From Horticoccus luteus (GTDB taxonomy: Bacteria; Verrucomicrobiota; Verrucomicrobiia; Opitutales; Opitutaceae): 32,000 bases of DNA. A model generated the notes under the pieces. It had not been told where the DNA came from. It was given only the letters and a program-made list of their open reading frames with translations, and did not search any database. The DNA lies in contig NZ_CP080507.1 in the NCBI RefSeq assembly GCF_019464535.1, positions 4,230,001 through 4,262,000 on the forward strand, written 5' to 3'. The translations under genes were made by a program, and so were the position numbers. Numbering within the stretch: the stretch's first letter is position 1; each line of letters starts with the position of its first letter. This document shows, in pieces, positions 20,039 through 28,866 of this stretch.

Positions 20039-20275
20039 ATGGGTGCCGTGATCTCCCTGTCCGAACTCCCGCCCGGCGGCAGCGCTACGGTGCGCGAGAT
20101 GCCCAAAGTCGGCGCCGTGTTTCTCCGGTTGCGCGAAATGGGGCTGCAGCCCGGCATCACCATCACCCTGGTGCGGTCGGCGCCGATGGGCGACCCGTTG
20201 GAAATCAAGGTGCGCGGCTATCGCCTGACATTGCGCAAGGCGGACGCCCGTCACATCTCCGTGGAGTCGGCCTGA
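20039..20275 (+). CDS. feoA: FeoA family ferrous iron transport protein (copy 2)
   Basis: 78 aa. LSELPPGGSATVREM......LRLREMGLQPGITITLVRSAPMGDPLEIKVRGYRLTLRKADARHISV. It ends 1 nt before the feoB ATG. Confidence 0.8.
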   Translation: MGAVISLSELPPGGSATVREMPKVGAVFLRLREMGLQPGITITLVRSAPMGDPLEIKVRGYRLTLRKADARHISVESA

Positions 20276-20276
20276 G

Positions 20277-22415
20277 ATGGCGCTGCCTCCTTCCATCACG
20301 GCGAACCGCCCGGCCGGGGCGAGTCACAGCCCGGCTGCTCGACAACCGGTGTTCGCGCTCGTCGGTAACCCGAATTGCGGCAAGAGCACGTTGTTCAACG
20401 CCCTCACCGGCCTGAAGCAAAAGGTCGGGAATTATCCCGGCGTCACAGTCGAGAAAAAGGTCGGCACGACGTATTCGCAGCACGGCCAGCCGATGACCGT
20501 CATCGATCTGCCGGGCGCTTACTCGCTCGCGGCGCGTTCGCCGGACGAAGCGGTCACGCGGGACGTGCTCCTCGGCCGCCGGGCGGACACCGCGCAACCG
20601 GACCGAATTCTCTGCATCGTCGATGCGACGAATCTTGAGCGAAACCTCTACCTTGTTCACCAGATTCTGGATCTCGGCCGGCCGGTGATTCTCGTGCTCA
20701 ACATGATGGATGTGGCCGTGAACGCGGGCATCCGGATTCACGTGGCGCGGCTGGAGAAGGCGCTCGGCATTCCCGTGATCCCGTGCGAAGCGGTCAACGG
20801 CAAGGGGATCATCGAGCTGCGTCTCGCCATGAGCCGCCCGGATTTGCCGCTTTCGCGCCATGCGTGGGACGTGCCCGTGCCCATCGCGTCGGCGGTCGCG
20901 GAGATCCAGGCTTCGCTGGTGGAGAGCGACCGCAAGGCACCGCTCATCGCCCGGGCGGAAGCGTTACTGCTGCTGACGGACCAAGACTCGGTGCGCGTGG
21001 TGGGATCGAACCCATTGAGCGCGCGGACCGCCGAGATACTGCGGCACTGGCAGTCACGTTGGGCCGCGGAGGGCACGGATTGGGCCGGCACTTTGGTGAA
21101 CAGCCGCTACGAGGTGATCGGCGCGCTCGTGTCCGACGTCGTCGAATCGACCGCGCTCAACGGACCCACGCCTTCGGATCGCATCGACGCGGTCGCCACG
21201 CATCCGTTGTGGGGCTGGCTGCTCCTCGGCGGCGTCATGACGCTGCTTTTCTTTTCCATCTTCACGCTCGCCGAATATCCGATGAACTGGATCGACGGCC
21301 ACATCGCGCTGCTCGGCGATTGGGTGAAACACCAAATGCCGGCGGGGGATTTGCGGGACCTGATTACGGATGGGGCGATCGCGGGCGTGGGTGGCGTGCT
21401 CGTGTTTCTGCCGCAGATTTTAATTCTATTTTTCTTCATCGGTCTGCTCGAGAGCACGGGCTACATGGCCCGGGCGGCGTTTATCATGGACCGGTTGATG
21501 AGTCGGGTGGGCTTGAATGGGAAAAGCTTCATCCCGCTGCTCAGTTCCTACGCGTGCGCGATTCCGGGCATTATGGCGACGCGAACCATCGAGGAGCCGA
21601 AGGACCGGCTGGTCACGATTCTGGTGGCGCCGTTGATGAGCTGTTCGGCGCGGCTGCCGGTTTATCTTCTGATGATTGCCGCCTTGGTGCCGGGCGACCG
21701 TGTGCCGGTGGTGACCAAGGTGGGAATCATGTTGCTCATGTATGTGCTTGGGACGGCGGGCGCCTTCGGGTTCGCGTGGCTCTTCAAACGCACGTTGTTG
21801 AAAGGAGAGCCGCCGGTGATGATCATGGAATTGCCGCCGTATCGCTTGCCCGCGTTGATGGATGTGGTGCGGCACATGGCCGAACGGGCGTGGATTTTTG
21901 TGCGTCGCGCGGGCACGGTGATCTTGGGCATCAGTATCGTGCTGTGGTTTTTGGCCACTTATCCGAAGGCCCCGGAAGGCGCGTCGGCGACGGAACAGCT
22001 CGCGCACAGCTTCGCCGGGCAGGCCGGGCACATCATTGAACCGGTGATCAAGCCATTGGGCTTCGATTGGCACATCGGCATCGGGCTCATCACGTCTTTT
22101 GCGGCACGCGAGGTATTCGTTTCGACGATGGGCGTCGTCTTTAATGCCGGAAGTGATGACCAAGACGTAACGCCGTTGCGGCAGGCTCTGCAAAACGCCA
22201 CGTGGCCGGATGGACGCGCGCTTTTCACTCCGCTGACGTGTCTCACGCTGATGGTCTTCTATGTCTTTGCCATGCAATGCGTGAGCACCGTCGTCGTGGT
22301 GCGTCGCGAGACCAATTCGTGGCGCTGGCCGCTCTTCCAAATCGCCTACATGACTGGCACTGCGTGGGTCGTGTCGTTTATTGTGGCGCAAGCCGGTCAC
22401 GCGCTCGGCTTCTGA
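20277..22415 (+). CDS. feoB: Ferrous iron transporter FeoB (N-terminal G-domain plus polytopic permease)
   Basis: G1 LVGNPNCGKSTLFNALTG, G2 YPGVTVE, G3 DLPG, G4 NMMD, followed by a long membrane domain. 712 aa. Confidence 0.97.
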   Translation: MALPPSITANRPAGASHSPAARQPVFALVGNPNCGKSTLFNALTGLKQKVGNYPGVTVEKKVGTTYSQHGQPMTVIDLPGAYSLAARSPDEAVTRDVLLGRRADTAQPDRILCIVDATNLERNLYLVHQILDLGRPVILVLNMMDVAVNAGIRIHVARLEKALGIPVIPCEAVNGKGIIELRLAMSRPDLPLSRHAWDVPVPIASAVAEIQASLVESDRKAPLIARAEALLLLTDQDSVRVVGSNPLSARTAEILRHWQSRWAAEGTDWAGTLVNSRYEVIGALVSDVVESTALNGPTPSDRIDAVATHPLWGWLLLGGVMTLLFFSIFTLAEYPMNWIDGHIALLGDWVKHQMPAGDLRDLITDGAIAGVGGVLVFLPQILILFFFIGLLESTGYMARAAFIMDRLMSRVGLNGKSFIPLLSSYACAIPGIMATRTIEEPKDRLVTILVAPLMSCSARLPVYLLMIAALVPGDRVPVVTKVGIMLLMYVLGTAGAFGFAWLFKRTLLKGEPPVMIMELPPYRLPALMDVVRHMAERAWIFVRRAGTVILGISIVLWFLATYPKAPEGASATEQLAHSFAGQAGHIIEPVIKPLGFDWHIGIGLITSFAAREVFVSTMGVVFNAGSDDQDVTPLRQALQNATWPDGRALFTPLTCLTLMVFYVFAMQCVSTVVVVRRETNSWRWPLFQIAYMTGTAWVVSFIVAQAGHALGF

Positions 22416-22418
22416 ACG

Positions 22419-22589
22419 ATGACTCCCGAAGTCCAGACCCTCCTCGCCCTGCTCGTCGTGGCTGTCGCCGCGGTGTGGCTGGTGGTGCGGGCGATGGGGA
22501 AGCGCAAGCAGTCGGGGTGCGGCGGTGGCGAATGCGGCGCGATCAGCCCCGAGGTGCGCAAACTGCAGGCGCGCTTGAAGCACCGCTGA
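22419..22589 (+). CDS. FeoB-associated Cys-rich small membrane protein (56 aa, below the ORF-track cutoff)
   Basis: ATG lies 3 nt after the feoB stop. Own translation: MTPEVQTLLALLVVAVAAVWLVVRAMGKRKQSGCGGGECGAISPEVRKLQARLKHR. That is one TM helix, a basic stretch, then a GCGGGxC motif, as in the FeoB-associated Cys-rich peptide family. Confidence 0.6.
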   Translation: MTPEVQTLLALLVVAVAAVWLVVRAMGKRKQSGCGGGECGAISPEVRKLQARLKHR

Positions 22590-22640
22590 GCCGGCGCATG
22601 TTTTCGCCCGGCGGACGAGGCGCGGAATCACGATCCGCGC
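22590..22640 (+). terminator. Two consecutive GC hairpins after the feo operon (possible terminator, no U-tract)
   Basis: GCCGGCG (22590-22596) / CGCC(C)GGC (22605-22612) with one bulge, then a perfect 7-bp GCGCGGA (22620-22626) / TCCGCGC (22634-22640) with a 7-nt loop. Confidence 0.3.
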
Positions 22641-22722
22641 GGTGATGAGTTTCCGCCGTGGCGGCTAGTCAACGCCGCGTCGCATTGACACCGCGCAGCC
22701 GCCGTTCCTGCATCGAGACCTC

Positions 22723-23508
22723 ATGGAGGTCATCATCCGGGACGACGCCGAAGCGGGCTGCTTGCTGGCCGCCAAAATCATCGCGAAACTTGTGCGCGAC
22801 AAACCGCACGCTGTGCTCGGTCTCGCGACCGGCCGCACGCCGTTGCGGCTCTATCAAGAGCTCATTCGCCTGCACCGCGCCGAGGGCCTCGATTTCAGCC
22901 GGGTGACGACGTTCAACCTCGATGAATACGTCGGCCTGCCCTCGGAGCACGAGCAATCCTACCGCTATTTCATGCGGGAAAATTTCTTTCGCCACATCAA
23001 CATCGACCAAGTGCGCACGCACGTGCCCAATGGCACCGCGGCCGACCTGCACGCCGAGTGCCGGGCGTATGAAGAGCGCATCGTCGCGGCCGGCGGCATC
23101 GACTTGCAGCTCCTTGGGCTCGGCCGCAACGGCCACATCGGCTTCAACGAGCCGACGGGGTCGCTGCGCTCGCGCACGTGGATCAAGATCCTCTCGGAGC
23201 AGACGTTGCAGGATAACAGCGACGTCTTTGGCTCGCTCGAATCGATGCCGCACCACGCCATCACGATGGGTATCGGCACGATTTTGGATGCCAAGCGGTG
23301 CTTGTTGATCGCCTTCGGCCCGTCCAAAACCCGCGCGGTCGAGCGGATGGTGGAAGGCCCGCTTTCCTCCATGTGTCCGGCGTCGGCCCTCCAACTGCAT
23401 CCGCGCGCCACGGTCGTCCTCGACGAGGGCGCCGCTGCCGGGCTCGAATACGTTGATCACTACCGCTGGATCGATCGCAACAAACTCTCCTGGCAACGCT
23501 ACGAGTAA
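22723..23508 (+). CDS. nagB: Glucosamine-6-phosphate deaminase
   Basis: GLATGRTPL..Y..L........DFS.V.TFNLDEYVGL, LGLGRNGHIGFNEP, SALQLHP; 261 aa. It is collinear with E. coli NagB as I recall it. Confidence 0.92.
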   Translation: MEVIIRDDAEAGCLLAAKIIAKLVRDKPHAVLGLATGRTPLRLYQELIRLHRAEGLDFSRVTTFNLDEYVGLPSEHEQSYRYFMRENFFRHINIDQVRTHVPNGTAADLHAECRAYEERIVAAGGIDLQLLGLGRNGHIGFNEPTGSLRSRTWIKILSEQTLQDNSDVFGSLESMPHHAITMGIGTILDAKRCLLIAFGPSKTRAVERMVEGPLSSMCPASALQLHPRATVVLDEGAAAGLEYVDHYRWIDRNKLSWQRYE

Positions 23509-23526
23509 CCGTGTGCGGCAGCGGCG

Positions 23527-23576
23527 GCGATCGCCTCGCTCCCACCGCTCCGTGGCCACCGCGGGCGAGCGATCGC
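23527..23576. terminator. Long imperfect inverted repeat between convergent nagB and queE (possible bidirectional terminator)
   Basis: GCGATCGCCTCGC (23527-23539) pairs with GCGAGCGATCGC (23565-23576). The stem is 12 bp with one bulge and a ~25-nt GC-rich loop. No clear U-tract on either strand. Confidence 0.3.
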
Positions 23577-23604
23577 AGCGTAGCGGCGCTCACTGAGGCA
23601 TACG

Positions 23605-24297
23605 TTACGTGCCGCGTTTGTTGCCCCAGAGTTCGATGTGGAGTCGGTGGGCGTAGCGATAACCCCGGGCTTTGCACAATTCGGCCAGCCACGCGGCGCG
23701 GTCGCGCATCGTCTCGAGCGAACGCGCTTCCGGCATCAGCAGAATTTTGTGCCGGGGTATGTCTCGATCGAGCTTTTCGATCATGCCTTCCAACTCATCC
23801 ACGTCAGCCGGCGCGGTGACGACGAACTTGAACTGGTAATCGTAGGCATCGACCCACGCGCGCACGACGTCCGGCTGCCAGCGCGTCGCTTCGTGGCGTT
23901 TGTGCCAGGCGGGGTGCTGCGCCGCGGGTGGGGCGGAGTTGAGTAACTTCGGCGACATGGACGCGAGATCACACGCGATGTCGTCGGGGGCGACCGTGGC
24001 GGCGGTTTCGATCGTGAGGTGATAGCCGAGCTGCTGCAGCTCGCGGGCGAGATCCCGGATGTGGGGCGCGATCATCGGTTCGCCGCCCGTCAGGACGACG
24101 TGTCGGGCAGGGTGTCGGATGACCGCGGCCACGATGTCGTCAACACTCAGCGTGCCGCCTTCGGGATTCCACGAGGCATAGGGCGTGTCGCACCACGTGC
24201 ACCGCAGATTGCAGCCGCTGGTGCGCACGAACGTCGAGGGCACGCCCGTCAGTTCGCCTTCGCCTTGCAGCGAACAAAATATTTCGGAAATCAGCAT
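23605..24297 (-). CDS. queE: 7-carboxy-7-deazaguanine synthase (radical SAM)
   Basis: MLISEIFCSLQGEGELTGVPSTFVRTSGCNLRCTWCDTPYASW carries the QueE N-terminus with a CX3CX2C cluster motif. 230 aa, directly downstream of queC. Confidence 0.9.
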   Translation of the reverse strand: MLISEIFCSLQGEGELTGVPSTFVRTSGCNLRCTWCDTPYASWNPEGGTLSVDDIVAAVIRHPARHVVLTGGEPMIAPHIRDLARELQQLGYHLTIETAATVAPDDIACDLASMSPKLLNSAPPAAQHPAWHKRHEATRWQPDVVRAWVDAYDYQFKFVVTAPADVDELEGMIEKLDRDIPRHKILLMPEARSLETMRDRAAWLAELCKARGYRYAHRLHIELWGNKRGT

Positions 24298-24300
24298 CGG

Positions 24301-24990
24301 TTAACTCGCGCGGGGGCTGGTCGGCAACGGATCGTGGGAAGCATACACCGTGGGATCGGCGAGGCCGGCCAAGGCGAATGCCTCGCGGCGTTCGACACAG
24401 GTGCCGCACCGGCCGCAATGCAGCTCGCCGCCCTTGTAACACGACCAGGTGCGCGCGAAATCCACGCCCAATTTCGCACCCGTGACCGCGATTTCGGCTT
24501 TGGTCATCGCGATGAACGGTCTCAGCAGCGCCACCGCGGCGTAGGTGCCGAGCCGCATCGTGTCGCTCATCGCCCGCATGAAATCTTCGCGGCAGTCGGG
24601 GTAGATCGCGTGATCGCCTCCGTGCGCCGCGATCGCCACGCCTTCCGCCCCGCTGCTTTCCGCGAAACCGCAGGCGATCGAGAGCAGGATCGCGTTGCGG
24701 AAGGGGACGACGGTTTGCTGCATGTTGGCCGCGGCGTAGTGGCCATCCGGGATTTCGCCGCCGCTCTGCAACAGGTCGGAGGCGAAGAGCTGGTTGATGA
24801 AGTCGAGGGCGATCACTTCGTGCCGCACCCCGAGACGCGCCGCGTGTTCGGCGGCAAACGGGATTTCGCGCGCGTTGTGCTTCGCGCCGTAGTTGAAACT
24901 CAGTGCTGCCGCGACACGGTGTTCCCGCGCGGCCCAATAGAGGGCGGTCACGGAATCCATCCCGCCAGAGCAGAGCACGACGACATTCAT
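24301..24990 (-). CDS. queC: 7-cyano-7-deazaguanine synthase
   Basis: PP-loop VVLCSGGMDS and a C-terminal Zn-Cys cluster SCYKGGELHCGRCGTCVERREAF. ATG 24990 is preferred over the listed TTG 24999. Confidence 0.92.
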   Translation of the reverse strand: MNVVVLCSGGMDSVTALYWAAREHRVAAALSFNYGAKHNAREIPFAAEHAARLGVRHEVIALDFINQLFASDLLQSGGEIPDGHYAAANMQQTVVPFRNAILLSIACGFAESSGAEGVAIAAHGGDHAIYPDCREDFMRAMSDTMRLGTYAAVALLRPFIAMTKAEIAVTGAKLGVDFARTWSCYKGGELHCGRCGTCVERREAFALAGLADPTVYASHDPLPTSPRAS

Positions 24991-25087
24991 CGGCCTCAAT
25001 TAAACCCGTGGGCTCGCGCTGCCAACCTTTCCTGCTTCTCTTTCTCCTGCGCCCACCGTCCAGCCCGCGCAGATAAAGTCGTCCCTC

Positions 25088-25966
25088 ATGTTGATCCTCC
25101 ACGACCCCCGTTGTGTCGATTACGGTTCTTCTTTGCGGCCCGAACAGCCGGCTCGCATCACGAAAACCGTGCCCTACCTGCAGGCCGCTCACCCTGCCTG
25201 GGAATGGCGCGTGCCGGATCCGGCTGGCGACGAATTGCTGCGGTTGGCGCACACGGAGGCGCATCTGCGGCGGTTGGAGCGGGGGCCGGATTTTGATGCT
25301 GACACGCCCTATTTCGCAGGCATCGCGAACCACGTGCGCCGGGCGGTGGGAGCGGCGGTGCTGGCGGCGCAACAGGCGAGGGCGGGGCGGAAAGCGTTCG
25401 CATTGATGCGGCCGCCGGGCCACCACGCCATGGCGGACCGGGCCATGGGATTTTGTTATCTCAACTCCATCGCGGTCGCCGTTTTGGACGCTCAACGCTC
25501 AGGTGCCGCGCGCGTGGCCGTCTGGGATTTCGACGCGCACCATGGCAACGGCACGGAGGCGATTTTGCAGGGCCGCGAGCACGTGTTTTTTGCATCCGTG
25601 CACCAATCTCCCGGCTACCCCGGGACGGGCACCCGCGATTTGGGCCGCGGCACGCGCAACTGGCCGGTGGCGCCGCATTCGCCGCGCGAGCAGCACATGA
25701 GCGCGTTGGCGGACTCGTGGGCGGCGGTGCGGGCGTTTCACCCCGATCTCGTCCTGGTTTCGGCGGGGTTCGATGCTTATGCGGGCGACCCGATCACGGA
25801 AATGACGTTGGAAGCGGAGGATTTTGCGACTCTCGGACGCTGGCTCGCGGAGGCGGAGTTGCCGACGGCGGCAATTCTCGAAGGCGGCTATAGCGCCGAT
25901 TTGCCGGTGTTGATCGAACGTTTCCTCGCGGCGTGGGCGGGCGAAGATCGTTTTTCCCCGCCGTGA
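25088..25966 (+). CDS. Histone deacetylase-family (arginase fold) Zn-dependent deacetylase / amidohydrolase
   Basis: RPPGHHA, DFDAHHGNGT, SAGFDAYAGDP, EGGY catalytic and zinc-binding motifs. Compact at 292 aa. Confidence 0.85.
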   Translation: MLILHDPRCVDYGSSLRPEQPARITKTVPYLQAAHPAWEWRVPDPAGDELLRLAHTEAHLRRLERGPDFDADTPYFAGIANHVRRAVGAAVLAAQQARAGRKAFALMRPPGHHAMADRAMGFCYLNSIAVAVLDAQRSGAARVAVWDFDAHHGNGTEAILQGREHVFFASVHQSPGYPGTGTRDLGRGTRNWPVAPHSPREQHMSALADSWAAVRAFHPDLVLVSAGFDAYAGDPITEMTLEAEDFATLGRWLAEAELPTAAILEGGYSADLPVLIERFLAAWAGEDRFSPP

Positions 25967-26015
25967 TTCTTCGCTTCGCTCCGCCGGACATTTCGTGTAG
26001 CAAAGCGCGCGTTTC

Positions 26016-27191
26016 ATGATTTCCCGTCTTATTCCGTCACGGATGCGCCGACTGCTCGGCGTGAAAGTGGAATCGCGGCTCCCCGCTTATCGACTGATCG
26101 ATCGTCCTGACCAGTTGCCGCCATTGCTCGCGGCCTTGGACCGCGTCAAAGAGGTCTCTCTCGATACGGAGGCGGATAACATGTATCACTTCAAAACGAG
26201 GGTCTGCCTGCTGCAGTTTCTTGTTTCTGGGCAGGTGTATCTGGTGGATGCCCTCGCGCCGATCGATTTGGATCCGTTGTGGGCGCGCTTGGAGAAGTTG
26301 CATTTGGTGATGCACGGCAGCGACTTCGACCTTCGCCTGCTTCATGATCGGTGCGGATTCCGGGCGAAGAGTCTTTTCGACACGATGCTGGCCGCGCAGC
26401 TGCTCAACCGCTCCCGCTTCGGGTTGGCGGCATTGTTGGAAGAACACTTTGGCGTGGCCCTCGACAAAGATGGCCAGAAGGCGAATTGGTCGAAGCGGCC
26501 GATCACGCCGCAGCTCCTCGAATACGCCTCGCTTGATGTCTGGCACTTGCCGGCGCTACGCGACATTTTGAAGCGCGAGTTGGCGAAGCTCGGCCGCACA
26601 GCGTGGATGGAGCAGCAGTGCCGCGCGCAGATTGAAGCTGGCACATTGGGGTTCGCGCCGCCCGACGAAAACGACTGGCGGGTCGGGCACAGCGAGCGTC
26701 TGCGGGGCGCTGGATTGAGTGTGTTGCATGCGGTGTGGCATTGGCGCCAAGAGACCGCTGAGCGTCTCGACGTGCCGCCGTTCAAGGTGTGCAGCCAGGA
26801 TTTCCTGATGAAGCTGGCCGAGGCCGCGGAACAAGGCGGCACCGAGGCCGAAATTTTGGGCAACGTGCACCTGGGGAAGCGGCACCCGCGCCTCTTTCCG
26901 TCGTTGTCCGCGGCCGTGCGGGCCGGTCTGGCCCGCGATCCGCGCACGCTGCCCCGGCGGCCGCCCCGCGATCCTGCTCATCGGTCACTCACGCCGCCGG
27001 AGATCGCGTTGCAGGACCGCATCAAGGCGGATCGGGATCGGGTGGCGAAAGAGGTGAAAATCGAGCCGACCCTCATCGCTAATCGTTCCCAACTGGCGCA
27101 GATCGCGCGGCATCCCGAGGACTTGGACAAAGTGCTGCTCCCTTGGCAGGCGGATCTTTTGCGCCAGCAGCCGTCGCTCAAAAAGCTCTGA
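26016..27191 (+). CDS. rnd: Ribonuclease D (DEDDy 3'-5' exonuclease plus HRDC domain)
   Basis: Exo I SLDTEADN, Exo II HGSDFDLRLL, Exo III YASLDVWHL, then an HRDC-like segment LHAVWHWRQETAERLDVPPFKVCSQDFLMKLA. 391 aa. Confidence 0.87.
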   Translation: MISRLIPSRMRRLLGVKVESRLPAYRLIDRPDQLPPLLAALDRVKEVSLDTEADNMYHFKTRVCLLQFLVSGQVYLVDALAPIDLDPLWARLEKLHLVMHGSDFDLRLLHDRCGFRAKSLFDTMLAAQLLNRSRFGLAALLEEHFGVALDKDGQKANWSKRPITPQLLEYASLDVWHLPALRDILKRELAKLGRTAWMEQQCRAQIEAGTLGFAPPDENDWRVGHSERLRGAGLSVLHAVWHWRQETAERLDVPPFKVCSQDFLMKLAEAAEQGGTEAEILGNVHLGKRHPRLFPSLSAAVRAGLARDPRTLPRRPPRDPAHRSLTPPEIALQDRIKADRDRVAKEVKIEPTLIANRSQLAQIARHPEDLDKVLLPWQADLLRQQPSLKKL

Positions 27192-27219
27192 CTCGGGCCG
27201 GCCCGGTGTCCGTGTCGTC

Positions 27220-28866
27220 ATGCCTTCGAACCCGTCTCGCGAGTCGCTGGATCTCGGCGATGCCAACATCGCGCGGCACTTGGCGGCGATGGCGGCGCAA
27301 CAACCGAACACCCCGGCGTTAAAAATTCCCCGCGGACGCACGGCGGACGGGCGCATCGATTACCTGACGCTGACCTTCGCCGAACTCGCAGCAGAGGCAG
27401 GCGCGTGGCGGGCAAGGCTGGCGGGTCGCGGTGTGCGTGGCGGGGACCGGGTGTTGATCATGGTGCGGCCGGGCTTGCCGCTGATTGCGGGCGCGTTCGC
27501 GACGTTTCAGTTAGGTGCGGTGCCGGTGATTATCGATCCTGGCATGGGGCTGAAAAGTTTTCTGGCGTGCGTCGCGCGTTCGCGGCCGAGGATCTTGCTC
27601 GGCATCGGTTTTGCGCAGGGCGTAAGCCACGTGTTTCGGCGGGCGTTTCGGTCGGTTGAGGTCCGTATTTCGGTGAGCGGACAACTCACGGCGCGTTGCG
27701 AACCGCCGGGCGGCGCCCCGCCGCCACCCCGGCGAAGTGGCGCGGCTGAACTCGCAGCCATTTTGTTTACCTCTGGTTCGACGGGCGGTCCCAAGGGTGT
27801 GTGTTACGAACACGGGATGTTCGATGCCCAAGTGCGCATCATCCGTGAGGCTTACGGGATCCGTCCCGGTGAAATCGACCTGCCGCTGCTGCCGATTTTT
27901 GCGCTGTTCAATCCGGCGTTGGGTATGACGACGGTGGTGCCGGAACTCGATCCGCGCCGCCCGGCGACCCTCGATCCGGCCAAAATCGTGCAGGCCATCC
28001 GTCAGGAAAATGTCACGACATCGTTCGGTTCGCCGACGCTCTGGCGGAAGATCGGTGACCATTGCCGGGCGGAAGGCATCACGTTGCCGACGTTGCGCCG
28101 GGTTTTATGCGCGGGTGCGCCCGTGCCGGCGGCGCTTTGGGCGGGCGCGAGGGAGTGGCTGGTGGAGGGCGAGTTGCATAGTCCTTATGGAGCAACCGAG
28201 GCGTTGCCGGTGAGCAGCGTCTCGCGTCGAGAAATTGATGTCGGCGGCACCCGCGGCGCGTGCGTGGGCCGTCCGGTAAAGGATGCGGAGGTGCGCATCA
28301 TCGCGGTAGTGGACGGAGTGATTTCATCGTGGGCGCACGTGCGTGAACGCGAGGTCGGGCAGATTGGCGAAATCGTTGTCCGCGGCCCCATGGTGACAAA
28401 GCGTTACGATGCTTTGCCCGAGGCGACGGCGCAGGCTAAGATTCCCGATGGCGTGGAGGTTTGGCACCGGTTGGGCGATTGTGGGTATCGCGACGAGGAA
28501 GGGCGGCTGTGGTTCTGCGGGCGGAAGGTGGAACGCGTAGATACCGGCGAGGCCGTGCTTTACACGGAGCCCGTGGAGCAGGTTTTTCGGCGGCATGCGA
28601 GGGTGGGGCGTTGTGCGCTGGTGGGTTTGGGCCAGCGCGGAACGCAGGTGCCGGCATTGGTGGTGGAGTCCGATGTTCGCACGCGCGACGCACGCCGTTT
28701 GGCGGAGGAATTGCGCGAACTCGGCCGGGCGCACGAAGCGACGAAGAGCATCCGGCTTTTCTACTTTCGGCGCGCGTTCCCGGTGGACGTGCGGCACAAT
28801 GCCAAGATCCACCGCTTGACGCTCGCGGCGTGGGCCGCGCGGGAAAGGGCAATTGAAGTCGCCTGA
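27220..28866 (+). CDS. oleC: ANL-superfamily adenylating enzyme of the OleC (beta-lactone synthetase / olefin biosynthesis) type
   Basis: AMP motifs ILFTSGSTGGPKG, SPYGATE, GEIVVRGP, GDCGYRDEEGRLWFCGRK. The segments DLPLLPIFALFNPALGMTTVVPELDPRRPA and C-terminal FPVDVRHNAKIHRL match what I recall of Xanthomonas/Stenotrophomonas OleC. It is paired with an OleD-type reductase. Confidence 0.68.
   Translation: MPSNPSRESLDLGDANIARHLAAMAAQQPNTPALKIPRGRTADGRIDYLTLTFAELAAEAGAWRARLAGRGVRGGDRVLIMVRPGLPLIAGAFATFQLGAVPVIIDPGMGLKSFLACVARSRPRILLGIGFAQGVSHVFRRAFRSVEVRISVSGQLTARCEPPGGAPPPPRRSGAAELAAILFTSGSTGGPKGVCYEHGMFDAQVRIIREAYGIRPGEIDLPLLPIFALFNPALGMTTVVPELDPRRPATLDPAKIVQAIRQENVTTSFGSPTLWRKIGDHCRAEGITLPTLRRVLCAGAPVPAALWAGAREWLVEGELHSPYGATEALPVSSVSRREIDVGGTRGACVGRPVKDAEVRIIAVVDGVISSWAHVREREVGQIGEIVVRGPMVTKRYDALPEATAQAKIPDGVEVWHRLGDCGYRDEEGRLWFCGRKVERVDTGEAVLYTEPVEQVFRRHARVGRCALVGLGQRGTQVPALVVESDVRTRDARRLAEELRELGRAHEATKSIRLFYFRRAFPVDVRHNAKIHRLTLAAWAARERAIEVA

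Noticed and set aside
19648-22631. Minus-strand ORFs (186, 218 and 401 aa) and the +2-frame 418-aa ORF over the feo locus
   Set aside because: They are shadow frames of feoA/feoA/feoB, which are recognised with high confidence.
23605-24990. queC-queE as part of a 7-deazaguanine DNA-modification (dpd-like) island
   Set aside because: There is no TGT/DpdA-like, helicase or other dpd gene nearby. The neighbours are nagB and a deacetylase, so this looks like ordinary queuosine precursor synthesis, with queD/queF elsewhere.
24991-25087. preQ1 riboswitch upstream of queC
   Set aside because: I read the 97-nt leader on the - strand and found no preQ1-I/II-like hairpin plus A-rich tail. I saw only a purine-rich tract and a 3-bp pseudo-hairpin. 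Covariance-model scanning would be decisive, but nothing is visible by eye.
22669-25495. ORFs 22669..23559(-), 24019..25296(+) and 24140..25495(-)
   Set aside because: They are antisense or alternative frames of nagB, queE, queC and the deacetylase gene, with low-complexity Arg/Gly/Ala/His content.
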